Assembly: GCA_963703955.1 (NCBI GenBank)
Contig: CAVPGK010000011.1
Location: forward strand, 1-64,000
Origin: Nitrospirota bacterium
GTDB taxonomy: Bacteria; Nitrospirota; Nitrospiria; Nitrospirales; Nitrospiraceae
Length of the DNA: 64,000 nt
Direction: 5' to 3'
Shown here in pieces: positions 29,749 to 40,482 of this stretch. The notes below the pieces were generated by a model. The model did not search any database and had not been told where the DNA came from. It saw only the letters and a program-made list of their open reading frames with translations. Position numbers and translations under genes: made by a program. Within the stretch, counting starts at the first letter, position 1, and each line of letters opens with the position of its first letter.

Positions 29749-32037
29749 ATGCGACGATCGCTCCGTTGGGGGATGAGAGGTCTGGGTGGGATTGTCCTCC
29801 TGCTCGGCTTCTTAGGTCTGTATAGTCTCTACCTCTCCGTCACCCTCACACTTCCACGCGGTGAGAACCGGCAGCCAATTCGGATTTACGGCGCACCCTA
29901 CCCGCTCAGTCCCGGGCTACGGGTGCGACAAGGCCCGGCTTCAAAACCGTCTTGACCATCTGGGGTACCGGCGGGTGTCGCGCAAACTCCGATGGCCGGG
30001 CGAATATCGCTCGGACGAATCCTCGTGGGAACTGTATCTGGAGAATTCGTGTATCCGGAAGGCCGGATGAAGGGTCATCCCGTACGACTGGTCATCCAGG
30101 ACGGTCAGGTCTCACATATCCTCCGGCTCCCCGATGAGAAGGAGGCCGAGCCGGTCAGCTTGGAGCCGCCGCTGGTGGGCGGGTTGCTCGCCACCTCTCG
30201 GCAGGTGCGGGAGTGGATTTCATTCGAAAAAATTCCACAGCACTTCCTGGATGCGGTGCTCGCCGTCGAGGATCACCGCTTCTATCAACACATCGGGGTC
30301 GATCCGCTGGCAATCATGCGCGCAGCCTGGGAGAACATGAAGGGAGGGGGGGTACGGCAAGGGGGGAGCACGATCACGCAGCAGCTCGCAAAAAATCTAT
30401 TCTACACCCATCAACGCACCTTCGTTCGTAAGATTCGCGAGTCGATCGCAGCGCTCGTTCTAGAAACCAAGTATTCGAAGGAAGCCATTCTGGAAAGTTA
30501 CTTGAACGAAATCTATCTGGGGCAATCCGGATCGGTCGCCGTCTACGGCGTGGGCGAGGGCGCTCACTACTACTTCGGAAAATCGCTTCAGGAGCTGACG
30601 ATCCCGGAAGCCGCGCTGCTGGCCGGCATGATCAAGGGGCCGAATACCTATGCGCCCGTCAAGGATCCGGCGCGCGCCAAAAAGCGGCGGGATGTGGTGC
30701 TGCTTCGTCTGAAACAGGAAGGCAAGCTCACAGACAAGCAGTACCAGGCCGCCGTCAGCACGCCCATCCGGGCAGCCACCCTCCAAAAAGGACTGACGGA
30801 TGCGCCATACTTTGTGGATTATCTCCTCTCTCAATTGGAAGACGCCGCACAGAGCGATGCGCAAGCCGGGTTGCGAATCTTCACCACGCTCGATCCTGAG
30901 CTGCAACGCATCGCGGAAGAAACGGTGAGCGCCGGTCTCACACGGCTGGAGTCTCGGTATCGCTTCCTCACATCGAGGAGCGGGGAATTGCAGGGCGCGC
31001 TGGTGGCGCTCGATCCCAAGACAGGCAGTGTCCGAGCCATGGTGGGGGGACGGGACTACCGGGTCAGCCAGTTCAACCACGCCGTGCAGGCCAAACGTCA
31101 GGCCGGATCGTTATTCAAGCCGTTCGTTTATCTCGCCGCTTTTGAGCGCAGTGTCGAATCGAAAGACCCAGTCATCACCCCTGCCACGTTGCTCGACGAC
31201 TCGCCGATCAGCTTCGCCAACGGGGAGACTCCCTGGTCTCCGCAAAACTATGATCGGAAGTTCCACGGCCAGGTCACGGTCCGCACCGCCTTAGAGCAGT
31301 CCCTCAATATTCCTGCCGTCCGGGTCGCGCAGACCGTGGGGGTTCCCCGAATCATCGAGATGATACGTCGACTCGGCGTCAAAGGACCGATGGACGAAGA
31401 TCTCTCGTTCGCCTTGGGCACCTCGGACGTCTCACTATTGGAGATGACCGGCGCGTTCGCTGCCTTAGCCCAAGAAGGCCGCTTTGTTCCCCCAACGGGT
31501 GTGAAGGCGCTTGCCGGAGACCGACCTGGAGAGTTCCTGATGGAAGCGGCGCCGGAGCCGGCTCAGGTCTTTTCACCCCAATCCGCTTACCTCGTGACAT
31601 CAACCCTGAAGGGCGTGGTGGATCGAGGCACGGCGGCGCAGGCGAAGGCGATGGGGCTCACGGCTCCGGTCGCCGGCAAGACCGGAACGACCGACGACCA
31701 TCGCGACGCGTGGTTCATCGGGTATACGCCCGATATCGTCATCGGTGTCTGGGTCGGATACGACGATGGCGCAACACTCAAATTGACCGGAGCCCAGGCG
31801 GCGCTTCCCATTTGGGTTGAGTTTTTTCAGAAGGCGATCGCCATATCGATAAATGACTTTCCGGTCCCGGCCGGAATTGTCTCGCGTATGATCGATCCGC
31901 AAACCACGCAGCTTGCGACTTCCTATTGTCCGGAAGCGCGCGAGGAAATCTTCATCGAGGGGACTGAACCCACCATCTTCTGCGAGGTGCACAGCCCTGG
32001 GTTCATCGATCAGCTCAAACACATGTTCGGAATGTGA
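29749..32037 (+). CDS. mrcB: Class A penicillin-binding protein, PBP1B-like (frameshifts near 29930 and 30045)
   Basis: Transglycosylase EDHRFY and GGSTITQQLAKN; transpeptidase GSLFKP, SLN and KTGTT. The N-terminal TM/UB2H-like part lies in other frames. Confidence 0.88.
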
Positions 32038-32088
32038 TGTCCACTATGCGGGAGAACCAATCTGCGAGGTCATCTCCGTCCAGAGCGA

Positions 32089-32365
32089 TCATTCACTCTT
32101 GTATCTATACAGCCAGCGGGCCGTTGTTCCCCCTACATTTCGTATCGTATGGCGCACATGCGCCGGAATCAACACCTCTTCCCGCTGCCGAGTCCGAAAT
32201 ATCCGGCCCTGCATTTCCAACTCGAGTTCTCCTTCCAGCACCATCAGCGCATCGTCCATCGAATGGACCGAGTCAATCCACTGCCGCCCCGGCGGATCGA
32301 CCCACAGACTGCACGTGAAGCCGCGGGCGCCAATCATGCTCAGTGTCCGGCCGACTCATCGTCAT
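32089..32365 (-). CDS. Small cupin-domain protein (frameshift near 32328)
   Basis: WVDPPG..W..VH, VLEGELEL and IPAHVRHTIRN; N-terminus MTMSRPDTEHDWR is in the adjacent frame. Confidence 0.75.
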
Positions 32366-32481
32366 TTTGCTTCAGCACTTGATCAATTCGGACGGTAGTG
32401 GCGTCCCGATATGGGTAGGAATAGATGATAGCTGAGTCAAATTAGAAGCTCTTCACCTTGCTTGACTGAAACTTTCCTCAC

Positions 32482-32967
32482 TCAATTACTTGATGGATCA
32501 TCGCTACGCTGCCTGAAAAGGTTGATCAGGCCTTGCGGTACTGGGGCACCAATTCCAATAGTGCCATCCTTATCCACGACCACTCCTGCCCCCACACCGT
32601 CAAATAAGCCATTTTTAAGCTCCAATCCTCCAACATTGATCTTGCGGTCTGTCACAGACGCCGTCACCTCTTGACCTCTTATCGTGCCAAAGACAACACT
32701 CGTTGCTGAACCAGGACGGACTTTATAAAGAAATCTGCCTGAGGTGCGCTCTGTTGCTGTCACAATGCCGGGAGGTGACTTTAAGACGTCCGAAAATACG
32801 TTTTCGACCGGAAGATTCTTTCGGACTTCGAAAACGGGCTTGCCTTTGTGTTCCAGAACAACGCTAATTAAAGGATCTTGGCCACTTTGCTCAATGATGA
32901 AATATCGCCCCTCGAAAGCCAATGGAACGGAGCAGTTGATGAACTGATTCCCTCCGAAGCTAACCAT
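32482..32967 (-). CDS. Hypothetical beta-rich protein in an AT-richer segment
   Basis: 161-aa ORF starting MVSFGGNQF after an AGAGGAGG RBS. Confidence 0.7.
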   Translation of the reverse strand: MVSFGGNQFINCSVPLAFEGRYFIIEQSGQDPLISVVLEHKGKPVFEVRKNLPVENVFSDVLKSPPGIVTATERTSGRFLYKVRPGSATSVVFGTIRGQEVTASVTDRKINVGGLELKNGLFDGVGAGVVVDKDGTIGIGAPVPQGLINLFRQRSDDPSSN

Positions 32968-33194
32968 ATTGATTCCTCCTCTTCGTAAAACAACGGAGTC
33001 AACATGTGACTCATTTTGGACTGAGGCGATTGTGTTCAGCTTCCTCTTAAAAACCTGCAAGGAACACCTTCCTGACCGCCGTACCACAGTCGAAGACCAC
33101 GGCGATGGTAATACCTAACGTTTCCACTCCTGAGTGGCGGGGTGCCGGGATGGGGCGTCTTAGCGAAGAGTCGCTGTCCCTTGTTCCGTCCCTC

Positions 33195-33599
33195 CTACGA
33201 CAACTGAAACTTCTCGTTCACGAATGTGTACTCGAAGATGCGATTGATGTGCACACCGGCGCGTGACGCAAAGAATTGGGCCGTCGCGCCGTACCCCTTC
33301 GGCACAAAGAGGTAGAACTGCAACCCCAGTGCCATGTAATCCTGCCATCGGCCGTGGGCATCCAACTCCGAGAAGGACTCTTCCGTTTCGACTTCAGCGA
33401 TCCACTCAACCGTGTTGCGTTCCGTGTTGAGTTGCCATCCGACAAGATCGGGATATTTTCTGTCCGCTGTCTTCCACGCATTTTTCTTCGACGTGTTGAC
33501 CGTCACCTGACAGTGCATGGTGTTCGCCCAACGCTGCGCTACCAGATTCACGATCTCGTCATGACAATTGACGCTGTCCGCACCGATCATTGCATCCAT
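33195..33599 (-). CDS. Hypothetical protein with PD-(D/E)xK-like signature
   Basis: GGAGG RBS; YPDLVG...IAEVET followed by FYLFVP. Confidence 0.7.
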   Translation of the reverse strand: MDAMIGADSVNCHDEIVNLVAQRWANTMHCQVTVNTSKKNAWKTADRKYPDLVGWQLNTERNTVEWIAEVETEESFSELDAHGRWQDYMALGLQFYLFVPKGYGATAQFFASRAGVHINRIFEYTFVNEKFQLS

Positions 33600-33679
33600 T
33601 CCGCCTCCGTAAGTGAACCATCAAGGATTTGTTGCCTTTGATCAATTAACCAGCCGGTTTCCTTGCTTTGTCCTCCTTC

Positions 33680-36600
33680 CTATGAACAGCCGCTGGTCGA
33701 GCCGCAATTCATGCACTTCAGACAGTTTCCGTTGCGGACGAGCATGAACTCTCTGCACTGCTGACACGGATCGCCTTCGTAGCCTTTCTGTCTGGCGATC
33801 TGGATAGCGGTGGCGGTCAGTGTCAGCGTTTCCCGCTTCAACTCCAGCTTGTGCGACATATTGCTGTGGCCGTTCCCGTTGCCGCGCCGCGCCGGGAAGA
33901 CCTCCGTGCTGATGGACTGGGCGGCCAGCGTCTGCGGATCAGCCGGCTCGCTGTCAGCACATTCGGGGTCTTGGTCGTCTTTCTTCACCGTATCCATCCG
34001 CAGATCGTCCGGCACGACCTGCGCTAGATCGTGGCGGTCCAGGTAGGTGATGGCCAACTCGCGGAAGATGTAGTCGATGATCGAGGTGGACATCTTGATC
34101 TGCTCGTTGAGTCTGACGGGCCCGTTCGGCTCGAACCGCGTGAAGACAAACGCTTCGACGAACTCCTCCAACGGCACGCCGTGTTGCAATCCCAACGAAA
34201 TCGCGATGGCAAAGCAGTTCATTAAGCTGCGGAATGCCGCTCCTTCCTTGTGCATGTCCAGGAAGATTTCCCCCAGCGTTCCATCGCTGTACTCGCCTGT
34301 TCTGAGATAAATCTTGTGTCCGCCGACGATCGCCTTTTGCGTGTAGCCGTTCCGCCGCTCCGGCATGCGACGTCTCCGGCCGATATAGCGGACCATCACG
34401 CGCTCGGTGATCTTCTCGGCCATTTTCATGATGTCGCCGTTGGCCGCGGCCTCCGCTTCTCCGGATTCCGTGGAGGCGTTGAGCGGCTGGCTCAGTTTTG
34501 AGCCGTCCCGATACAGCGCGACCGCCTTGAGCATGCTGCGCCAGGCCAACAGGTACGAGGCCATCACCTCCTCCACCGTCGTGTCGGACGGCATGTTGAT
34601 CGTCTTGCTGATCGCGCCGCTGATAAAAGGCTGAGCCGCGGCCATCATACGGATATGCGCATCCACCGGGATGAACCGCTGGCCGCTCCGTCCGCACCGA
34701 TTGGCGCAGTCAAACACCGGCAAATGCTCCGCCTTGAGATGCGGAGCCCCTTCGACCGTCATGGTGCCGCAGCAGTAATCGTTCGCTGCCGCGATCTGCT
34801 CCTGGGTGAACCCTAACGCCTTGAGCATATTGAAATTCGGTTCGTTCAATTGGGCATCGGTAAGCCCGATCTTCTCGCGACAGAACGCCTCGCCTAAGGT
34901 CCACTTGTTGAAAGCGAACTGAATCTCGAAGGCCTGGGCTAATGCCGCCTCCAGACGGTCCAGGGCCGCGCCGTCAAAGCCTTTGGCTTGCAATGCTTCG
35001 TGATTGATGAACGGCGCGCCGTTCAGGGTCCATCGGCCCGTGCAATACGTCACGATGTCCTGGATCTGTGCCTCCGTGTATCCCAGCGTCATCAGCGCGG
35101 GCGGCAGGCTTTGGTTGATGATCTTAAAATAGCCGCCGCCGGCCAGCTTCTTGAATTTCACTAGCGCAAAATCCGGCTCGATGCCGGTGGTGTCGCAATC
35201 CATGACCAACCCGATTGTTCCGGTTGGAGCGATCACGGTGGTCTGGGCGTTTCGGAATCCGTACGCCGTCCCCAGCTCGAGGGCGCGGTCCCACGATCTC
35301 CGCGCCGCCAGCAGCAGATCCGGCGGACAATGTAGGGGCTGAATACCCTTGGGAGTGATGGTGAGTCCTTCGTATTCTTCTGGAGGCGCATTGTAGGCTG
35401 CTCTCCGATGGTTGCGGATGACCCGCAACATCGGCTCGCGATTCCGCGCATACCCCTCAAAGGGACCGAGCTCGGCGGCCATCTCGGCCGAGGCGGCATA
35501 GGATTCACCGGTCAGGATCGCCGTGACCGCGCCACACAAAGCCAAGGCCTGCGGCGAGTCATACGGAATACCCTGACGCAGCAAGACCGTTCCTAGGTTC
35601 GCATAGCCCAATCCCAGCGTCCGGAACACGAAACTCTTTTGCGCGATGGAGCGGCTCGGGAACGAGGCCATCAGCACGCTGATCTCGAGCACGATCGTCC
35701 AGAGTCGGACCGCATGGCGGAAGTCTTCGAGGTTGAATTGACCATTCGACGCGAAAAACTCACCGAGATTCAACGACGCCAGGTTGCAGGCGGTATCATC
35801 CAAGAACATGTACTCGCTGCAGTTGTGCACCACGAGTCCGGAGGCTACGAAATGATGTGTCGCCTCCTCGGTGAGATCAAATACGTCCGCATGGCCCGTA
35901 GGCTCGATGGACGCCACCTCATCAGTCAACTCATCCAGATACCACGCCACCTCCGCATTCAGATGCGCAAGAGCCGCGGCCTTTTGACTTTGCGGATGGA
36001 ACCCGATCTCCCGCTCGAAGATGAACCGGGACGACCCACTGATTCGAAGCGACCACCGGTTCTTCGGAGTCAAATCGCTCCCCCAGTCTACTCGGCTGTC
36101 GTCCAGCACGGACTTGATGCCGAAGGCCAGCAGCAGCAATTGCACCTGCTCCAGCAATTCCCGCGAACTGGAATCCAAGGCGATAGACCGGCACTGTTCC
36201 CCTTCTTTCACGACCGTTCCGTCCGCCGTGAACAGACCCCGAAGGACTCCCGCCAGCGCCGGACGATCCAGATCGTACGCCGCAGCGGTGAATCGTTTTC
36301 CCTCCGGGCCTTCGTCCGACACCGCGAACTGCCGGAACAGATCAACCACCGGCTTGGAGCCGATCGTAAGCCTGGCCCCCGTCACCCCATAGGTCACCTG
36401 AGCGCCGTCGTTGTGTGCCTCTGAGCCCACCGCCCTCAGCGCCGCTCTGTGTGTATTGACCGCTTCGGCGATGGAAGTCAGGACGAGCGTCTCGTTGGCG
36501 TGCATGGTCAGGACGACAAGGGCCCCGGTGCCACAGGTTACCGATCTATTGAGGCAACGATCCCCCATGGACACGCCGATGCCCAGCGCCAGATTCGCCG

Positions 36601-39424
36601 GTAACGTCCGGCGACCGAACCCTGGGCCCTGGAGGAACAGTCGATCATCCGGGGTGAGGTCCTTCACGGCAACGTCACCACGCCCGTCCGTCAGCACTCG
36701 GTGATCGCCGGTGATGCGGACTTGATAGCCCGACCGGGTCGTCAACCGGAAGGTCGGTTTGCGGCCGGTGGGGAAAATCCGGGTGACCACATGCGGCTGG
36801 CTGTCTGCGCCGATGATGCGAACCGACTTTCCGACGAGTTCGTCGATGCGCTGCCAGCCCTCGCTCGTCGCGACCAGGGTGTCGCCGGTCACACAGGGAT
36901 TGGACGCGTTGATGCGGCCGTCCTCCGGACAGGTGTGCCATTCATTGATCGTGGTGTCGTACTGGGTGCCGGGATCCGCGCAGATCCACGCCGCCCATGC
37001 GATCTTGTCCCACAGCTCGCGCGCCTTGATGACCTTCGTGACCTTGCCGTCCGTCCGGCGCGTGAGCGGCCAATCACCATCCTGTTCCAAGACCTCGAAA
37101 AACCCGTTCGGGATACGCAGGCTGTTGTTGGAGTTTTGACCCGCAACGGTTTGGTACGCCTTCCCGTCCCAGTTCGTGTCGTACTCGTGGAAGACAAAAT
37201 GTGTGAAACCTTCCTGCGCATAGGCAAACATCCTCTGGACATAGGCCTCCGGGACAGCCGCCTGGCGAGCCGCCCTAATCGCGTCCTTGAGCGCCGGATT
37301 ATTCTGAGGATTGGTCTCGATGCTGGTCCGACCATCCGCGCCGTCCGGCACATGACAGGCTTTCAAGACCGCATTGAGCCGCTGGGCACAGACCTTCGAG
37401 CCGGTGACCATGGCCGCCACCTTCTGCTCCTCGATCACCTTCCAATCGATAAATTCCTCTACATCGGGGTGGTCGAGGTCCAAGCACACCATCTTCGCGG
37501 CGCGCCTGGTCGTCCCGCCGGACTTGATCGCGCCGGCAGCCCGATCGCCGATCCGGAGGAAGGACATCAGGCCGGATGATTTCCCGCCACCCGAAAGGGA
37601 CTCGTTTTCACCGCGCAATTTAGAAAAGTTGGTCCCCGTTCCCGAGCCATACTTGAACAGGCGGGCTTCGCGGATCCATAGGTCCATGATCCCACCTTCA
37701 TTGACCAGATCATCCTCGATGGACTGGATGAAGCAGTTGTGAACCACGACGTTATTGGAAAGGTATTGGCCACTCTCGGTTTGAATATCGTAAACCGGCT
37801 GCACACCCATCGCTTCGACCCGTACGATCGCCTCTTCCCGTAGACCAGGTAGCAGTTTTCCGGCGAATTGATCGGAGCAGGCGACCTCAAGCTTTTGGCG
37901 CTTGTCCTCGGATACGAACCCGATCAGGTCACGGAAACGAGCGCGTGAATCCGCGTGGCCGATCGAAACAGAATACGGTGCGCTGCGATTCTCCCGGGTC
38001 ACTATTCCCCGCTGGATTCGGGCATAGATTCCAAGGTTCAGTAGGAGCGCTTGGACATCGTGTGCCCAAGGTTCTGAGGTCGTTGTCAGCACAACATCAG
38101 CGATACGCGAAGCGCGGGACCGCAGGCGTACTCTCCCATCGAGCTGAAAGAGCGCGGACAGGTATGCCGCTTGGGCCTGCACCCCTGCCGTGCGAATAGC
38201 ATCCGGCATTGAGAGATCAAGAGTACTTCGTAGAAGTTGATACCGGCCAGCAAACGGCCGAAGGTCTTCTCCATGGAGGCGTACCCGGCGAACATCAAGG
38301 TCCGGCTCCCTCGTCTCAAGGAAACGCACGTGGCACTGCATCCATGGAAAAACTCGTTGCACCCGTTCCACCACAAAATTGTATTCATCCTTGTCGATGG
38401 TGTTGAACTCAATGGTCAGACCGCCGTTCGTTCCTTGTTCATCACAAGTGGAAGGGTACCCCGGAGGCGCCCCTTCCACACCCACTTGTCCCACGAATCC
38501 GTCAGCCTGGAGCCACCCGACCAGAGCAGCTTCGTCAACAGTCTGTTGTTCCGACTTCGTTGTGACGGAGGTCCGCGTCGAAAGCTGAAGACGCATCCCG
38601 GACACAAGCTCATCCACACGACGCCAAACGCCGATTGAACGTCGCCTATCCAGAGCATGAACCATGTGATCGCCGGTCGCCTCAACGCACGCTCCGTTCT
38701 TGAGCCTGATGCGGAAGACCGGCTTTTTGCCGTTTGCCTTGACTGCAACGACGCGGGTGATCCCCGCGCCTTGCTCTCGACCGTCATAGACTGCAAGGCC
38801 GATGAGATTTTTCGTCACGATGTCCCCGATGAGCACTGGACCTTGAGGCGTGGCAATGCGCGCATGATACGGCTGGCATGCATGTGGTTGTGGGTGCTCA
38901 AAGGCGTTGGTTGCTTTGACCAGATCATGAGTTTGAGGATCGACATAGTGGTGTCCCTGTGAAGGACCGGAGAGGCCGTAAGCGTAGTGCAAGCCGGTGT
39001 TGAACCACTGCGGAGAATTCGGCGCAGCCATCTGGCGCGCCAGCATGTGACATAGCTCGTCGTAAAAGGCCGACGAGTCTTCTTCCGTATTGAAATAGCC
39101 GTGGCGCTTTCCCCAATCGGTCCAACAGCCGGCGAGCCGATGAAAGACCTGCCGGGCATCGCTTTCACCGGCCAGCACTGGCCGACCATCCGGTTCGGTC
39201 AGAGGATTCCCGTCGGGACCGACCTGAGGGACGCCCGCCTTCCGAAAATACTTCTGCGCCAGGATATCCACCGCAAGCTGCGACCACTGGCTCGGCGCGT
39301 CGATATTCTCCAGCTTAAAGACCGTCGAGCCGTCTGGATTCCTGATTTCAGAAGATCGCTTCGAGAACGTGATGCCCTCGTACGGGCTCTGTCCCTTCCG
39401 TGTGAATCTGCGTTCGATTCTCAC
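33680..39424 (-). CDS. nrdJ: Class II (adenosylcobalamin-dependent) ribonucleotide reductase with two inteins; mature protein about 1175 aa
   Basis: [56 protein letters not shown]-terminal TSCPD-like region and Zn-ribbon ending CGSTSGCS. Confidence 0.96.
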   Translation of the reverse strand: MRIERRFTRKGQSPYEGITFSKRSSEIRNPDGSTVFKLENIDAPSQWSQLAVDILAQKYFRKAGVPQVGPDGNPLTEPDGRPVLAGESDARQVFHRLAGCWTDWGKRHGYFNTEEDSSAFYDELCHMLARQMAAPNSPQWFNTGLHYAYGLSGPSQGHHYVDPQTHDLVKATNAFEHPQPHACQPYHARIATPQGPVLIGDIVTKNLIGLAVYDGREQGAGITRVVAVKANGKKPVFRIRLKNGACVEATGDHMVHALDRRRSIGVWRRVDELVSGMRLQLSTRTSVTTKSEQQTVDEAALVGWLQADGFVGQVGVEGAPPGYPSTCDEQGTNGGLTIEFNTIDKDEYNFVVERVQRVFPWMQCHVRFLETREPDLDVRRVRLHGEDLRPFAGRYQLLRSTLDLSMPDAIRTAGVQAQAAYLSALFQLDGRVRLRSRASRIADVVLTTTSEPWAHDVQALLLNLGIYARIQRGIVTRENRSAPYSVSIGHADSRARFRDLIGFVSEDKRQKLEVACSDQFAGKLLPGLREEAIVRVEAMGVQPVYDIQTESGQYLSNNVVVHNCFIQSIEDDLVNEGGIMDLWIREARLFKYGSGTGTNFSKLRGENESLSGGGKSSGLMSFLRIGDRAAGAIKSGGTTRRAAKMVCLDLDHPDVEEFIDWKVIEEQKVAAMVTGSKVCAQRLNAVLKACHVPDGADGRTSIETNPQNNPALKDAIRAARQAAVPEAYVQRMFAYAQEGFTHFVFHEYDTNWDGKAYQTVAGQNSNNSLRIPNGFFEVLEQDGDWPLTRRTDGKVTKVIKARELWDKIAWAAWICADPGTQYDTTINEWHTCPEDGRINASNPCVTGDTLVATSEGWQRIDELVGKSVRIIGADSQPHVVTRIFPTGRKPTFRLTTRSGYQVRITGDHRVLTDGRGDVAVKDLTPDDRLFLQGPGFGRRTLPANLALGIGVSMGDRCLNRSVTCGTGALVVLTMHANETLVLTSIAEAVNTHRAALRAVGSEAHNDGAQVTYGVTGARLTIGSKPVVDLFRQFAVSDEGPEGKRFTAAAYDLDRPALAGVLRGLFTADGTVVKEGEQCRSIALDSSSRELLEQVQLLLLAFGIKSVLDDSRVDWGSDLTPKNRWSLRISGSSRFIFEREIGFHPQSQKAAALAHLNAEVAWYLDELTDEVASIEPTGHADVFDLTEEATHHFVASGLVVHNCSEYMFLDDTACNLASLNLGEFFASNGQFNLEDFRHAVRLWTIVLEISVLMASFPSRSIAQKSFVFRTLGLGYANLGTVLLRQGIPYDSPQALALCGAVTAILTGESYAASAEMAAELGPFEGYARNREPMLRVIRNHRRAAYNAPPEEYEGLTITPKGIQPLHCPPDLLLAARRSWDRALELGTAYGFRNAQTTVIAPTGTIGLVMDCDTTGIEPDFALVKFKKLAGGGYFKIINQSLPPALMTLGYTEAQIQDIVTYCTGRWTLNGAPFINHEALQAKGFDGAALDRLEAALAQAFEIQFAFNKWTLGEAFCREKIGLTDAQLNEPNFNMLKALGFTQEQIAAANDYCCGTMTVEGAPHLKAEHLPVFDCANRCGRSGQRFIPVDAHIRMMAAAQPFISGAISKTINMPSDTTVEEVMASYLLAWRSMLKAVALYRDGSKLSQPLNASTESGEAEAAANGDIMKMAEKITERVMVRYIGRRRRMPERRNGYTQKAIVGGHKIYLRTGEYSDGTLGEIFLDMHKEGAAFRSLMNCFAIAISLGLQHGVPLEEFVEAFVFTRFEPNGPVRLNEQIKMSTSIIDYIFRELAITYLDRHDLAQVVPDDLRMDTVKKDDQDPECADSEPADPQTLAAQSISTEVFPARRGNGNGHSNMSHKLELKRETLTLTATAIQIARQKGYEGDPCQQCREFMLVRNGNCLKCMNCGSTSGCS
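35822..36895 (-). mobile_element. Intein 2 in NrdJ (358 aa) with LAGLIDADG-type domain
   Basis: [13 protein letters not shown]... to [24 protein letters not shown]. Block B ITGDH; motifs IGVSMGDR (degenerate) and LRGLFTADG. Confidence 0.93.
37736..38878 (-). mobile_element. Intein 1 in NrdJ (381 aa) with LAGLIDADG-type endonuclease domain
   Basis: [10 protein letters not shown]... to [24 protein letters not shown]. Block B ATGDH; motifs VGWLQADG and LSALFQLDG. Confidence 0.93.
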
Positions 39425-39494
39425 GTCATCCCTCCCCCTCGATTCGCTGTAAGTGATGTGATCCGATGGCAGATGAGCTTGAAATGCTCAGATG

Positions 39495-39542
39495 GTCCCA
39501 TATATAGCTCTTCCTATCTTTTGTCAACACAAAATGTTGTGG
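39495..39542. promoter_or_regulatory. Tandem NrdR boxes upstream of nrdJ
   Basis: gtcCcAtATaTaGctc (39495-39510) and acaCaAaATgTtGtgg (39527-39542) fit acaCwAtATaTwGtgt and start 32 bp apart. Confidence 0.75.
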
Positions 39543-39654
39543 TGGCCTGTGGATAGCTCGGAAGAGTCTGGGGATAACGAAAACGCCGGTATTGAGGCGG
39601 AAAGGCGGGGGATCAGACCGATCTTATCAACAGGATTGAGAGAGATTATTCAGG

Positions 39655-40026
39655 CTAGAGCACCAGCTGTCCAAGTTTTCTTGCAATTTCTTCCTGCCCA
39701 TCGACAGGGAAAAAATTCATGCCGACTCCCACGACCACAACTCGCACATCGAACGCGTGAGTTTCAAAAATACTAAATAACCCATAATTCCTTCTGACGG
39801 TGTTCGAACGAATCAGAGATTCAATGACGCGTTTGCCCTGTTGTTTGAGAAGATCACGAATGACTTTTCGCTGATTCGTCGGCTCAGTTTCGTCCATGCG
39901 GTGGAGCGCCTGACTCAACGCCGCCTGCAAGAAGATCCCGTATTCCGGTGTAGTCGGGTTGGTCGCAGCCAGCGCGACGCACGCGCTCAAGAGGATCACG
40001 ATGATCAGGAGCGTTCGATTACTCAT
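39655..40026 (-). CDS. Hypothetical membrane-anchored protein (DUF4359-like)
   Basis: N-terminal TM, ATNPT..EY and T.RRNYGLFSIF. Confidence 0.7.
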   Translation of the reverse strand: MSNRTLLIIVILLSACVALAATNPTTPEYGIFLQAALSQALHRMDETEPTNQRKVIRDLLKQQGKRVIESLIRSNTVRRNYGLFSIFETHAFDVRVVVVGVGMNFFPVDGQEEIARKLGQLVL

Positions 40027-40165
40027 CCTGAAGCCCTGCCTTCATGGTCATCTGCCTGTCGTTCCGAAACGGTGCAGCGCCTTCGTTTGACAATTCTCAT
40101 ACGGTTGCCTATGTTCTTCGCCCACCGGCGACGGGACTCCAAGACAATCCGAAAAGGAGGCTGCT

Positions 40166-40459
40166 ATGTACGTCTGGAGCAAGCGCATCGTCATTGGATT
40201 GCTGACCGCCTTCACGATCTTAATGGCGTTGTTTCTCATTCAAGACTCCGGGAACGAGACCAGCACGCTGAAACTTCACACGATCCGCTGGATTCTCCTG
40301 AATTACATCGGTCTGATGATCTGGCTCTTCGTCTGGATGTTCGATCAGGCACGAGTCCGTGGGAAGAGTCTTGCTATCTGGTTCCTTCCCTTCTTGTTCG
40401 CTCCCCTGCCCACGCTGATGATCTTTGTCTTGGTCTTACAGCGACGTCGAAAGGGATAA
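40166..40459 (+). CDS. Small hypothetical membrane protein
   Basis: AAGGAGG RBS and three hydrophobic segments. Confidence 0.7.
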   Translation: MYVWSKRIVIGLLTAFTILMALFLIQDSGNETSTLKLHTIRWILLNYIGLMIWLFVWMFDQARVRGKSLAIWFLPFLFAPLPTLMIFVLVLQRRRKG

Positions 40460-40482
40460 TTGTCATCCAAGTCATTTGGCCG

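Noticed and set aside
39430..39650. Cobalamin riboswitch or oriC upstream of nrdJ
   Set aside because: No B12-box seen. Only three imperfect DnaA boxes, with no clear AT-rich unwinding element and no dnaA/dnaN nearby.
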